DNA of 64,000 nucleotides from the NCBI GenBank assembly GCA_902529935.1, contig CABZYK010000005.1:10688-74687 (forward strand), in the 5' to 3' direction. Position numbers and translations under genes: made by a program. Of the stretch, positions 1-9,686 are shown piece after piece (the first letter of the stretch is position 1; each line of letters opens with the position of its first letter). Below the pieces are notes generated by a model. That model searched no databases. It had not been told where the DNA came from and worked only from the letters and a program-made list of their open reading frames with translations. The stretch comes from an uncultured SAR86 cluster bacterium (GTDB lineage: Bacteria; Pseudomonadota; Gammaproteobacteria; Magnimaribacterales; AG-339-G14).

Positions 1-1
1 A

Positions 2-1756
2 GTTGGTGGTGAATATGTGGTTAACGCTGACGGCGAAGGTGCTTTTGACATAGTTCGAACACTTGATGCTAACGGTGAGACTATGGAGATTAAAGATTGG
101 AGAAGAAGAATAGTTGAGAGACTTGGAAGATTTGACGATCGTGATGTTCATAACTACAGAGTGTTAGTTGGACTAGAAGGAGAATTTGGTGATTCTGGTT
201 GGAACTGGGATCTAACTTATCACTACGGTAAGAATGACAGTGCTGCTACAGCAAAAGGTTACTTTAACTTGGCTAAAGTTGCACAACAGGTTGGCCCAAC
301 ATACACAGATGATGCTGGAGTGCTTAGATGTGGAGTTGACAAAAATACAACTATTCCATCTTCTTGTGTTCCATTAAACATATTTGGTGTTAACTCAGTT
401 ACCGATGAAATGATTGCCTACAGTAGTGATAATGCAACTGTTGGTGGTTTGAATGAGCAAGAAGTTACTTCAGTTAACTTTAACGGTCCGATTGCTGAAT
501 ACGATGGAGGAACTGTTTACATGGCCGTTGGTTATGAAAGCAGAACCGAATACGGTGAGACTCTTCAAGATTCTTTGATCATTCAAGGACTACTTACAGA
601 TAGAAGTGGTCTTAACACTTCCGGTGCTTATTCACTTGAAGAAGTATATGCTGAGATTATCATTCCAATTTATGAAAGAGCTGAGCTTCAATTTGCAACA
701 AGAAGTTCTGATTACTCTTCATTTGGTACCAATACGACTTCTGAATTTGGATTTGAAGTTTTTGCGACCGATACCTTTACATTAAGAGGTTCATATTCTG
801 AAGCTTATAGGGCTCCTTCAACTCCTTCTCTTTACGGTGGTCAATTTACGACCTTCCCAGAAGTAACGGATCCTTGTGCGCAAAAAGGAAAAGGAACCGG
901 TGAAACCGCAGCTGAATATGAAGCAAGGTTAGCCACTCTTCCTGGTTGTGCCTCAGTTGGAAAAGGTTATATCAATGAGCAAGATCAATCTAATGAGCTT
1001 GCCGGTGGTAACCCAGCGTTACAGCCTGAAACTGCTGTTTCATCTACTTTAGGTTTTGTATTCCAACCTACAGATGGTTTAGATTTAACTCTTGATTTCT
1101 GGCAAGTGGATATTGAGGAAACTATAAGTACATATGGTGCACAAGTTCTTCTTGATCAATGTGCTCAAACTGGTTTACCTGTCTATTGTGGAAAAATTGA
1201 AAGATACGATACTCCACCTGAGTTGAAAAACTATATAAAACTGATCACTAACTTAAATGCTAACGTTGGTGAACAGTCTTATAACGGTGTTGATCTTTAT
1301 ATCAATTACGATCACCCAGATACTATCAATGGATGGAATATGTCACTTGGAAGTTTAGTTGCTTATACAGCTAAATACGAAGAAACGATCCTTGGTGTTG
1401 CTACTGATTACGCTGGTGTCCAAAATGAAAATAAGTTTGGTTTGATTCCAAACATCAGAGCAAATGGATTTATGACTTGGAGTAAAGATATTTATTCCAT
1501 TGAATACGCAATTCGATACATTGGCTCTGCTGAAGAGGAAAACTACGGTGGAACTATGTGGGATGTTGATGCGGTTATGTATCATGACATAAGAGCTAGC
1601 TTCGATTTTGATCCATTAACTTTGACTTTTGGTGTAAACAACTTGTTTAACACTGAACCACCATTTGTTGATACAGCTTTCAACGGTAATACTTCCATTG
1701 AAAACTATGACGTGATGGGTTCTTTTGGATACTTAAGATTAACTCTTAAATTCTAA
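2..1756 (+). CDS. TonB-dependent outer-membrane receptor, C-terminal ~580 aa (5' end outside window)
   Basis: The frame is open from nt 2, and the track M at 17 is an internal GTG. The sequence is a long G/Y/N/T/D-rich beta-barrel type with an NPALQPE segment and a terminal aromatic residue (LRLTLKF) typical of TBDR C-termini. A hairpin terminator follows. Confidence 0.85.
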   Translation, partial: VGGEYVVNADGEGAFDIVRTLDANGETMEIKDWRRRIVERLGRFDDRDVHNYRVLVGLEGEFGDSGWNWDLTYHYGKNDSAATAKGYFNLAKVAQQVGPTYTDDAGVLRCGVDKNTTIPSSCVPLNIFGVNSVTDEMIAYSSDNATVGGLNEQEVTSVNFNGPIAEYDGGTVYMAVGYESRTEYGETLQDSLIIQGLLTDRSGLNTSGAYSLEEVYAEIIIPIYERAELQFATRSSDYSSFGTNTTSEFGFEVFATDTFTLRGSYSEAYRAPSTPSLYGGQFTTFPEVTDPCAQKGKGTGETAAEYEARLATLPGCASVGKGYINEQDQSNELAGGNPALQPETAVSSTLGFVFQPTDGLDLTLDFWQVDIEETISTYGAQVLLDQCAQTGLPVYCGKIERYDTPPELKNYIKLITNLNANVGEQSYNGVDLYINYDHPDTINGWNMSLGSLVAYTAKYEETILGVATDYAGVQNENKFGLIPNIRANGFMTWSKDIYSIEYAIRYIGSAEEENYGGTMWDVDAVMYHDIRASFDFDPLTLTFGVNNLFNTEPPFVDTAFNGNTSIENYDVMGSFGYLRLTLKF

Positions 1757-1770
1757 AAAGAGTCAAAACT

Positions 1771-1801
1771 AAAAAAAGGCGGTAATTTCCGCCTTTTTTT
1801 A
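1771..1801 (+). terminator. Rho-independent terminator after the first receptor gene
   Basis: Stem AGGCGG (1777-1782), loop TAATTT, stem CCGCCT (1789-1794), then a T-run. An A-run lies upstream. Confidence 0.75.
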
Positions 1802-1806
1802 TGCTT

Positions 1807-1861
1807 ATAAGTGATATTTTTTGCCAAATAAGTGACATATTCGTTAATTTAAGTGTAGAAT
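1807..1861 (+). promoter_or_regulatory. Candidate promoter/operator: three TAAGTG direct repeats at 21-bp spacing overlapping a sigma70-like -35/-10
   Basis: TAAGTG occurs at 1808-1813, 1829-1834 and 1850-1855; the first two copies extend to ATAAGTGA. A possible promoter has -35 GTGACA at 1832-1837, an 18-bp spacer and -10 TAGAAT at 1856-1861. It lies 33 nt upstream of the GTG start at 1894. Confidence 0.4.
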
Positions 1862-1893
1862 TTCTTCTTTTAATCACATTTGGGGTATAAAAA

Positions 1894-4851
1894 GTGAAAT
1901 ATTTGAAGTACTTTTTTATCGCATTGGCCATAGGATTTGCGTCAATTGCGTATTCACAAGACACTACAGCAGATTTAACGGCTTCCGTTCAAACAGCTTC
2001 TGGTGCAGACATTAATAATGCGACAGTATCCGTTACAAACGTAGGTACTGGATTATCTAGATCAGCAGTATCAACTGGCGGTTCAGTAAGATTCGCAGCT
2101 CTTCCTCCAGGGGAATACTCTGTTTCATCTTCAGCACCAGCTCTTGATTCTGTATCTTCTACAGTAACACTGTTAGCTGGAGCAAATGCCATATCAATAA
2201 CTATGACTTCTGTAAATGCAGAGGATCTTACTGTTAGAGGTGAAATTGTTAAATCTTATGCATTTGAAGTAACAGAAACTGGAATCAACGTAGACGTGGA
2301 AGATTTGTATTCCAAAACTCCACAATTTAATAGCTTAAATAGCATAGTACTTCTTGCCCCAGGTACTACAGAAGGAGATTCTGCTTTTGGTGGATTAGCT
2401 TCAATTAACGGTTCATCTTCAGCAGAAAACCAATATTATGTTAATGGATTAAACATAACTAACTTCAGAAACTTTTTGGGGTACTCAACTGTTCCTTTTG
2501 AATTTTATGATTCAGTAGATGTTAAAACGGGTGGTTATCAAGCTGAGTTTGGTAAAGCTACTGGTGGTGTAATTTATGCAACCACTAAATCCGGTTCAAA
2601 TGATTTTGAGTTCAAAGTAAAAGCTTTTTACTCGCCTGACGCCTTAAGATGGGATAGTCCAGATACATTTGCTGCAATCAATCAACAAGATCAATATGAT
2701 GATTTCACTTACAACGTATCTCTCAGTGGAGCAATTGTTCCTGATAGATTGTTTTATTACGTTTTAGCGCAACCAAGACAAGCAAAAAATATTTATGCAG
2801 GCTACTTAGCAGATCAACAGTATGTAGATTCATATGACGATACTTTCTATGGAACAAAAATAGATGCATATTTTGATGATAATAATATTTTAGAAATAAC
2901 TTATTTCTCTGATGCAACAAGAATTGAAACAGACACTTACAATTACGATGACACCACTTTCACTCGAGGTACCTACATAGGAACTGGGTACAATTTCACT
3001 GGTGGTGAAAACACAATCGTTAACTATACTTCGAATATAGACGATAACTGGACTGTTTCCGTGCTTTACGGGAAGAATATAGCTAACAGGACTGCGCAAA
3101 GTTCTGCAGACACATGTCCTACAGTTTACGAAAGAAGAACCTCAATTACTGGTGGTTCATTTCAACCTAAAGGTTGCTGGGTTAACTGGAATATTGGTTC
3201 AGGTTCTGATGAAAGAGAAATTGGAAAAGTCACGGCTGAAGTTAGCTTCGATCAGCACGTCATCAAATTTGGTTACGAACAAGAAGCCCTTGTTGCAGTG
3301 GACGAAACCACTAACTCAGGAGGAGTTTATTTCTTACTTATGGAAAATGATTATATTGCTGGCCATCCAAGAACAACTGGTGGTACAGGTGGAATTGGTT
3401 ATACAGCAGCAGGATACACCGATGAAGAAATTGTTAGAAAGAGAACTTATATTTCCGGTGGAACATATAAAATTGATAATAGCGCTCTTTTCGCACAAGG
3501 AAGTTTTCAACTGACCGATCAATGGTTACTTAACGCAGGTATCAGATCAGATAGTTTTGATAACGGAGATGCAGGTGGTTCCTCTTTCATTTCACTTGAT
3601 AACCAAATAGCTTACAGAATAGGAGCTACTTTCGACGTTAACGGCGATGGCTCTGAAAAATTAGGTTTATTCCTTGGAACTTATTACCTCCCGTTTGCTG
3701 CAAATACCAACATAAGAATGGCAGGAGCGGAAACATATATCCAAGAATATTACATCCTTGAAGGAATAGATGACTCCAAGGGTGAGTTTAGACCAATTTA
3801 TAATGAGGCAACTAAGTTCTATCAAGATACTTACTCAACTGGTGCAGTTCCTGACAAAGAGGAATTAGTTGATCAAACAATTGAACCTATGTATGCGACA
3901 GAATTTATTGCTACTTACGATTGGATCCAAGACGATTGGAACCTTGGTGTAGCCTTAACTTACAGAGAACTTTCTTCAACAATTGAGGATGTTGCAATTG
4001 ATGCAGCTATTCTTAAATATTGTGAAGCCAATGGTTATGCAGCGGAAAACGATGCTGGAACAGGTTGTGCTCAAAATTGGTCAGGATTCCATCATTATGT
4101 TCTTACAAACCCTGGTACTGACTTAGTTTATGAAACAAACGAGTTACCAGGTGAAACTGGATACAAAAAAGTAAAACTGACTGCAGCCCAATTAAACTAC
4201 CCTGAGGTTGAAAGAGTTTATCAAGCTATGGATTTCACTTTTTCAAAAGAATGGGATGACATGTACTTTATAGATGGTGTTGTTACTATTAGCTCAACAA
4301 AAGGTAACTATGAAGGTTCAGTAAAATCAGATAACGGCCAAGATGATGCTGGTATTACTCAGGACTTTGACCAACCAGGATTAACTGATGGTTCATATGG
4401 ATTATTGCCTAACCACAGAGATTACAGAATCAGCGTGTTTGGTGGATATCAAGCTACTGATAATTTAGTGCTAGGTTTTAACACTTCTTTAACGGCTCCA
4501 AGAAAATTTGGTTGTCAGGGTACTCACCCGACAGATGTATTTGCTCAAGCTTATGGGGATGCATCATGGTTCTGTGGTGGGGTTATGACTCCTAGAGGAT
4601 CAATATACGAAAGTGATACCATCTTCCAATTAGATTTTTCGCTAGCATTTGATCTAGGAAGCGCTGGCATTATAAAAGAATCTAGTTTCAAAGTAGATAT
4701 TTTCAATATTCTTGGACAAGATGGAGTTGACGATACTTATGAATTTGGTGAAAGTGGAGGACCTACCTCTTATCCTTATCAATATTACCAATTGCCTACA
4801 TCTTTTCAGTATCCAAGATCTATTAGGTTAGGTATCGAAGCTAAATTTTAA
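1894..4851 (+). CDS. TonB-dependent receptor, Oar-like, with N-terminal carboxypeptidase-regulatory-like domain
   Basis: The GTG start yields a textbook signal peptide (MKYLKYFFIALAIGFASIAYSQ). An N-terminal CarbopepD_reg-like beta-sandwich (VSVTNVGTGLSRSAVSTGGSVRFAALPPGEYSV) is followed by a plug region (NGSSSAENQYYVNGLNITNF), a ~800-aa barrel and a terminal Phe (GIEAKF). Confidence 0.9.
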   Translation: MKYLKYFFIALAIGFASIAYSQDTTADLTASVQTASGADINNATVSVTNVGTGLSRSAVSTGGSVRFAALPPGEYSVSSSAPALDSVSSTVTLLAGANAISITMTSVNAEDLTVRGEIVKSYAFEVTETGINVDVEDLYSKTPQFNSLNSIVLLAPGTTEGDSAFGGLASINGSSSAENQYYVNGLNITNFRNFLGYSTVPFEFYDSVDVKTGGYQAEFGKATGGVIYATTKSGSNDFEFKVKAFYSPDALRWDSPDTFAAINQQDQYDDFTYNVSLSGAIVPDRLFYYVLAQPRQAKNIYAGYLADQQYVDSYDDTFYGTKIDAYFDDNNILEITYFSDATRIETDTYNYDDTTFTRGTYIGTGYNFTGGENTIVNYTSNIDDNWTVSVLYGKNIANRTAQSSADTCPTVYERRTSITGGSFQPKGCWVNWNIGSGSDEREIGKVTAEVSFDQHVIKFGYEQEALVAVDETTNSGGVYFLLMENDYIAGHPRTTGGTGGIGYTAAGYTDEEIVRKRTYISGGTYKIDNSALFAQGSFQLTDQWLLNAGIRSDSFDNGDAGGSSFISLDNQIAYRIGATFDVNGDGSEKLGLFLGTYYLPFAANTNIRMAGAETYIQEYYILEGIDDSKGEFRPIYNEATKFYQDTYSTGAVPDKEELVDQTIEPMYATEFIATYDWIQDDWNLGVALTYRELSSTIEDVAIDAAILKYCEANGYAAENDAGTGCAQNWSGFHHYVLTNPGTDLVYETNELPGETGYKKVKLTAAQLNYPEVERVYQAMDFTFSKEWDDMYFIDGVVTISSTKGNYEGSVKSDNGQDDAGITQDFDQPGLTDGSYGLLPNHRDYRISVFGGYQATDNLVLGFNTSLTAPRKFGCQGTHPTDVFAQAYGDASWFCGGVMTPRGSIYESDTIFQLDFSLAFDLGSAGIIKESSFKVDIFNILGQDGVDDTYEFGESGGPTSYPYQYYQLPTSFQYPRSIRLGIEAKF

Positions 4852-4861
4852 TAGCTTATAT

Positions 4862-4895
4862 AAAAAAAAAGGAACCTTTTAGGTTCCTTTTTTTT
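4862..4895 (+). terminator. Hairpin terminator/attenuator between the receptor gene and the ABC binding-protein gene
   Basis: A9 run, stem GGAACC (4871-4876), loop TTTTA, stem GGTTCC (4882-4887), then T8. It ends 11 nt before the next ATG. Confidence 0.7.
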
Positions 4896-4906
4896 ATAAT
4901 GTTCAT

Positions 4907-6511
4907 ATGAAAAAAATAAGTCTTATACTAATAATTTTTGCAATCATTGGCTGTTCTAACCAAGAGTCTCTAGACGTTGAATCAGCAAATGAGCAAGGAA
5001 TACTTCTTTTAGATAATGGCACGGAGCCTCAAGGATTAGACCCTCATATCGTGACAGGTGTGACTGAGCATAAGATTATTATTGCACTTTTTGAAGGACT
5101 AACTATGCAGAATCCAAAAGGTGAAGGAGTAATTCCTGCAGCTGCTGAATCTTGGACTATATCCAGCAACGGTAAAGAATTTTTATTTAGAATCAGGGAC
5201 GATGCAGTTTGGTCAAACGGAGATCCCTTAACGGCAGAAGATTTTGTTTATTCATGGAGAAGAATACTCACCCCCGCTCTTGGTTCAAAATATCCAGATA
5301 TGCTTTATGCAGTTAAGAACGCTGAAAAATATAATAAAGGACTTATAAAAAATTTCGATCAAGTTGGTGTTGAAGCGATAGATGAAAAAGTTTTAAAAGT
5401 TACTCTTAGAACTAAAACTCCTTTCTTTCTAAAGCAACTTGCACACTATGCTACTTATCCAGTTCATCCAAATACTATAGAAAATTTTGGAGGAATTTCA
5501 AATAGAGATAGTCAATGGACTAGACCCGGTAATATGATTTCTAATGGTCCATTTACTCTTACTGAGTGGTCAATAAATAAAGTAATCAAAGTAGCTAAAA
5601 ATGAAAGATATTGGGACAGTGATAGTTTAAAACTTAATGGAATACATTTTCTTCCTATCGATAACGAATCAACTGCTGACAGATATTATAGATCTGGAAA
5701 AACTCATAATTTAAATATTATTCAAACAGAAAAAATTTCAAAATATCAAAATGAATTTCCTAATGAATTCAAACTTGAAAAATATTTTGGCACTTATTAC
5801 TACAGAATAAATACTGATATTGCCCCATTAAATAATATTAAAGTTAGAAAAGCATTATCACTTGCTATTAATAGACAAATTATTGTTGAGCGTGTTACAA
5901 AAGGCGGACAAAAACCTGCTTATTCTTTCACCCCCCCAAGCGAAAATTATTATGATCCACCAACTTCCTTGCCTCATGACCCTTCATTAGCAAGAAAATT
6001 ATTAGCAGAAGCAGGTTTTCCAAATGGAAATGGATTTCCAGAGTTTGAACTTTTATATAACACTAATGAGGGTCACCAGAAAATTGCTCAGGCGATCCAA
6101 CAATTTTGGCTGAAAGAATTAGGCATTAAAGTTACTCTCACTAACGTCGATTGGAAAGTTTACCTTGATAGACAGAGTCAAGGTGAATACGAGATTACAA
6201 GAGCAGGATGGATTGGCGATTATGTAGATCCAAATTCTTTTCTAGACATGATGGTTACAGATAGAGGAAATAATATGACTGGTTGGTCTAACAGTAAATA
6301 CGACGATTATTTAACAAAAGCAGCATTTTCTGAATCTGAGGAGGATAGAATTACTTTTTTTTCCGAAGCTGAGAAGATATTAATGGATGAATTGCCCATT
6401 ATTCCTATTTATACTTATACAAGGGTGTATATGTTAAAAGAGGAAGTAAAAGGTTGGTTTCCTAATATGTTAGACACTCATCCTTATCAGTTTATCTCTC
6501 TAGAAGATTGA
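4907..6511 (+). CDS. Peptide/oligopeptide ABC transporter substrate-binding lipoprotein (family 5, OppA/DppA-like)
   Basis: Signal peptide with lipobox (IFAIIGCS). At 534 aa, its segments such as AESWTIS..GKEFLFRIRDDAVWSNGDPLTAEDFVYSW are typical of family-5 SBPs. OppB/OppC-like permease genes follow directly. Confidence 0.85.
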   Translation: MKKISLILIIFAIIGCSNQESLDVESANEQGILLLDNGTEPQGLDPHIVTGVTEHKIIIALFEGLTMQNPKGEGVIPAAAESWTISSNGKEFLFRIRDDAVWSNGDPLTAEDFVYSWRRILTPALGSKYPDMLYAVKNAEKYNKGLIKNFDQVGVEAIDEKVLKVTLRTKTPFFLKQLAHYATYPVHPNTIENFGGISNRDSQWTRPGNMISNGPFTLTEWSINKVIKVAKNERYWDSDSLKLNGIHFLPIDNESTADRYYRSGKTHNLNIIQTEKISKYQNEFPNEFKLEKYFGTYYYRINTDIAPLNNIKVRKALSLAINRQIIVERVTKGGQKPAYSFTPPSENYYDPPTSLPHDPSLARKLLAEAGFPNGNGFPEFELLYNTNEGHQKIAQAIQQFWLKELGIKVTLTNVDWKVYLDRQSQGEYEITRAGWIGDYVDPNSFLDMMVTDRGNNMTGWSNSKYDDYLTKAAFSESEEDRITFFSEAEKILMDELPIIPIYTYTRVYMLKEEVKGWFPNMLDTHPYQFISLED

Positions 6512-7440
6512 CTTTTTTCATTTTTAAAAGAATTATCACCTACGTTCCGGTGATGTTAGTCGTCATTTCAGCAACTTTTTTTATGGTTCATGCTGCTCCA
6601 GGGGGCCCTTTTGATGACGATAGGGTTGCATCTCCAGAGATTCTTAAGCAATTAAACGAAACCTACAATTTAAACGATCCATTGATAACTCAATTAGGCA
6701 ATTATCTTTTAAACGCTCTACAAGGTGATTTTGGCCCTTCGTACAAGTATCCCGGAAGAACTGTTTCAGAATTAATTGCATCTGGATTACCTATAACTGT
6801 AGAACTTGCGTTTTACTCAATTCTTTTTGCCTTATTATTGGGAATACTTTCTGGAATTATTGCCTCACTAAATTCAGGTAAATTTCTTGACCACTTTCCA
6901 ATGAGTGTTTCGATGATAGGTATTTGCGTTCCTTCAATTATCTTGGGGCCAGTTTTAATTTTAATTTTTGGAATTTGGTTTGAAATTCTCCCGGTTAGTG
7001 GTTGGGGAGAATTTTCTGGTGATAAAATTCTTCCTACAATTACTCTAGGCTCATCTTATGCGGCTATTTTTGCTAGGCTCACAAGAGGTGGAATGCTAGA
7101 GATGCTTGCTCAGGATTTTATAAGAACTGCACGTGCAAAAGGACTAAATGAAACAAGAGTTATTTTCTTTCATGCCTTGAGAGGTGGAATTATGCCAACT
7201 ATTGGTTTTCTTGGGCCTGCTATTGCAGGACTTTTTGCTGGCTCATTTGTTGTAGAAACTATTTTTCAAATTAATGGCATTGGTAGATATTACGTCCAGG
7301 CTGCTTTTAACAGAGATTACACATTAATTCTAGGAATCTCAATTTTGATAACTTTTTTTACACTAACGTTTGTATTGCTATCAGATATCTTAGCTACTTT
7401 TCTCAATCCAAGGTTAAGAGAAAAAGGATCAATGAACTGA
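6508..7440 (+). CDS. ABC peptide transporter permease (OppB/DppB-like)
   Basis: TTG start in a TTGA overlap with the SBP stop codon. The N-terminus FIFKRIITYVPVMLVV and the loop FIRTARAKGLNETRVIFFHALR are typical of OppB/DppB. The protein has multiple TM helices. Confidence 0.88.
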   Translation: MTFFIFKRIITYVPVMLVVISATFFMVHAAPGGPFDDDRVASPEILKQLNETYNLNDPLITQLGNYLLNALQGDFGPSYKYPGRTVSELIASGLPITVELAFYSILFALLLGILSGIIASLNSGKFLDHFPMSVSMIGICVPSIILGPVLILIFGIWFEILPVSGWGEFSGDKILPTITLGSSYAAIFARLTRGGMLEMLAQDFIRTARAKGLNETRVIFFHALRGGIMPTIGFLGPAIAGLFAGSFVVETIFQINGIGRYYVQAAFNRDYTLILGISILITFFTLTFVLLSDILATFLNPRLREKGSMN

Positions 7441-7442
7441 TT

Positions 7443-8282
7443 ATGTTTTTTTTAAGTAATTTTTATAAAAATCATAAGTTAGCTTTTTTTAGTTCTTTTT
7501 TTATTTTTGGATTAGTTTTTCTTGCAATAATTACCCCATTTATTACTCCCTACAGTTATTCAGAACAAAATCTTCTATTAGGTGCAGCGCCACCTTCATC
7601 AGACTATATGTTAGGGACTGACGTATTAGGTAGAGATCTTTTTACTCGAATGCTGTACGGTAGCAGAGTTTCTTTATTGGTTGGATTTCTTGCAACATTA
7701 GTAGCTCTTACTATAGGGGTTCTATGGGGATCGATAGCAGGTTACTTAGGTGGCAGAACCGATTCTATTATGATGAGAATAGTTGATATTCTTGATGGAT
7801 TGCCTTTTGTAATTTTTCTAATTTTAATTCTAGTGATAATAGGTAGAAGCATGACCTTATTGTTCTTGGCAATAGGTGCTTTCGGCTGGTTATCTATGGC
7901 GAGGATTGTAAGAGTACAAGTTCTAGGGCTCAGACGTCAGGACTATGTCTTAGCTGCACAAAGTATGGGAGCCAGTAACATGAGAATTTTACTCAAACAT
8001 ATAATTCCGAATGTACTCAGCTCAGTCATTGTTTATTCAACTCTTTTAATACCTCAGTTTATGCTTTTGGAAGCTTTTTTAAGCTTCCTAGGTCTGGGCG
8101 TTCAACCTCCAGAGAGCTCGTGGGGAATTTTGATTAGGGAAGGGGCTATTACAATGGAAGAATATTGGTGGCTTTTAATATTCCCATCTATAGTTTTTTC
8201 TCTTACTTTATTCGCGCTTAACTTCTTAGGTGATGGCCTTCGAGATTATTTAGATCCTAGAAAAACTCAACAACTTAGTTAA
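7443..8282 (+). CDS. ABC peptide transporter permease (OppC/DppC-like)
   Basis: LGTDVLGRDLFTRMLYGSRVSL and AAQSMGASNMRILLKHIIPN segments are typical of OppC/DppC. The start lies 2 nt after the previous stop. Confidence 0.88.
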   Translation: MFFLSNFYKNHKLAFFSSFFIFGLVFLAIITPFITPYSYSEQNLLLGAAPPSSDYMLGTDVLGRDLFTRMLYGSRVSLLVGFLATLVALTIGVLWGSIAGYLGGRTDSIMMRIVDILDGLPFVIFLILILVIIGRSMTLLFLAIGAFGWLSMARIVRVQVLGLRRQDYVLAAQSMGASNMRILLKHIIPNVLSSVIVYSTLLIPQFMLLEAFLSFLGLGVQPPESSWGILIREGAITMEEYWWLLIFPSIVFSLTLFALNFLGDGLRDYLDPRKTQQLS

Positions 8283-9678
8283 CTTTTAAATCCGAAAATT
8301 TGATATCTAAAACTTGCCCAGGATAGATTATCTCTGGATTTTTTAATTCATTCCATTGGACAATCATGTCACCAGTTACTCCAAATTTTTTTGCAATTTT
8401 AGAAATTGTATCGCCTCTTTTAACCGGATAAGTAAGATCATTCAAATTAACTTTTTTCTTCTTTTTTGGAACAAAGTACTTAGGATAAATATTTATTTGT
8501 TGATTTATTTGAAGAAATTTCTCTGTAGATAAATCATTCCAAACAATTAAATCTGAAACTTGTACACCATATTTTTTAGCTATGGACCAGAGGGTATCAC
8601 CTTTTGAAACGAAATAGATATCTGGCTTATTAAGATAATCTTTTAACCATTCAGGACCCCTTGGAACGGTCAACTCCTCATTCTCAAAGATTAAATCATC
8701 ATCAAGATTATTAATCTCTTTTAGAAGGGCTTGTGAAATCATATATTTTTTAGATATTGACGTTAATGTATCTCCCTTCTTTACTACATATTTATCCCAT
8801 TTTACGAGTTCATCTTCACTCATAGAATTAAGTTTTATTTCAAAACGATCCGCAATACCAATGGGTAGCAATAAATAGAAGGGTCCGTTTGGATCAGTTG
8901 CCCATTGATTAAAACCTGGATTCAGCTCATATACTGCTTCAATACTCAGACCAGAGATATTGGCTACTTGCATTAAATCTACTTGAGATGGTATGTCTAT
9001 CACTCGAAAGTACGGCCTGTTAGGCAAAAAAGGAAAACTAACATTATAGTCTTCTGGATTTTTTATTACTTCAAGTAAAGCAAGCAGCCTGGGCAAATAT
9101 TTACTAGTTTCTTTGGGAAGTTTTAAAGACCAAAAATCAGTTTGTTTTCCTTGGTTTATATTTTTTTTAACCTCTCTTTGGATTCTAGCTGGACCAACAT
9201 TAAATGACGCAATTGCAAGCATCCAATCATTAGTTTTTTTATACATTGAATCTAGATAATTAAGAGCAGAATTTGTTGAAGCGATAATGTCTCTTCTCCC
9301 GTCATACCACCAATTTCTTTTCAAACCTTGCTCTCTTGCTGTGCTAAGAATAAATTGCCAAATTCCTGAAGCTCCTGCGGGAGATTGAGCATAGGGATCA
9401 AATTGACTTTCAACAAAGGGAAGAAGAGCTAACTCAACTGGCATGTCCCTTTTTAAAGTTTCATCAACCATATGATAAAGATACCGTTGACCATTCTTTG
9501 ATAGCCTATCCACAAGATACTGATTATTTTGATAAATTTTTAATGCTTTTTGAATTTCAGATCTATCCGCCGAATATTGAAAATTTGAATTTTCTCTTAT
9601 GACATCCCATAAATTCTCTTGGCCATGAATGGGAATAATAAAAAAAGATACGAATATATAGGTTATATATTTCTTCAT
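8275..9678 (-). CDS. mltD: Membrane-bound lytic murein transglycosylase D
   Basis: Signal peptide; SLT catalytic region (LLPFVESQFDPYAQSPAGASGIWQF); three LysM repeats (YVVKKGDTLTSISKKY, YFVSKGDTLWSIAKKYGV, YPVKRGDTISKIAKKFGV). It sits next to gloB as in E. coli. Confidence 0.85.
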   Translation of the reverse strand: MKKYITYIFVSFFIIPIHGQENLWDVIRENSNFQYSADRSEIQKALKIYQNNQYLVDRLSKNGQRYLYHMVDETLKRDMPVELALLPFVESQFDPYAQSPAGASGIWQFILSTAREQGLKRNWWYDGRRDIIASTNSALNYLDSMYKKTNDWMLAIASFNVGPARIQREVKKNINQGKQTDFWSLKLPKETSKYLPRLLALLEVIKNPEDYNVSFPFLPNRPYFRVIDIPSQVDLMQVANISGLSIEAVYELNPGFNQWATDPNGPFYLLLPIGIADRFEIKLNSMSEDELVKWDKYVVKKGDTLTSISKKYMISQALLKEINNLDDDLIFENEELTVPRGPEWLKDYLNKPDIYFVSKGDTLWSIAKKYGVQVSDLIVWNDLSTEKFLQINQQINIYPKYFVPKKKKKVNLNDLTYPVKRGDTISKIAKKFGVTGDMIVQWNELKNPEIIYPGQVLDIKFSDLKVN

Positions 9679-9686
9679 TTCATTTA

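Noticed and set aside
3152-3514. Same-strand alternative-frame ORFs inside the TonB receptor (120 aa) and inside the VWA gene (39842-40150, 102 aa)
   Set aside because: The main frames carry clear family motifs across these regions. The alternative-frame products are low-complexity with no signatures.
4895-4900. Perfect TATAAT 6 nt upstream of the SBP start codon, as a promoter for a leaderless mRNA
   Set aside because: It is formed by the terminator T-run running into ATAAT, and no -35 exists because that position lies inside the hairpin. Read-through from the receptor gene is the simpler explanation.
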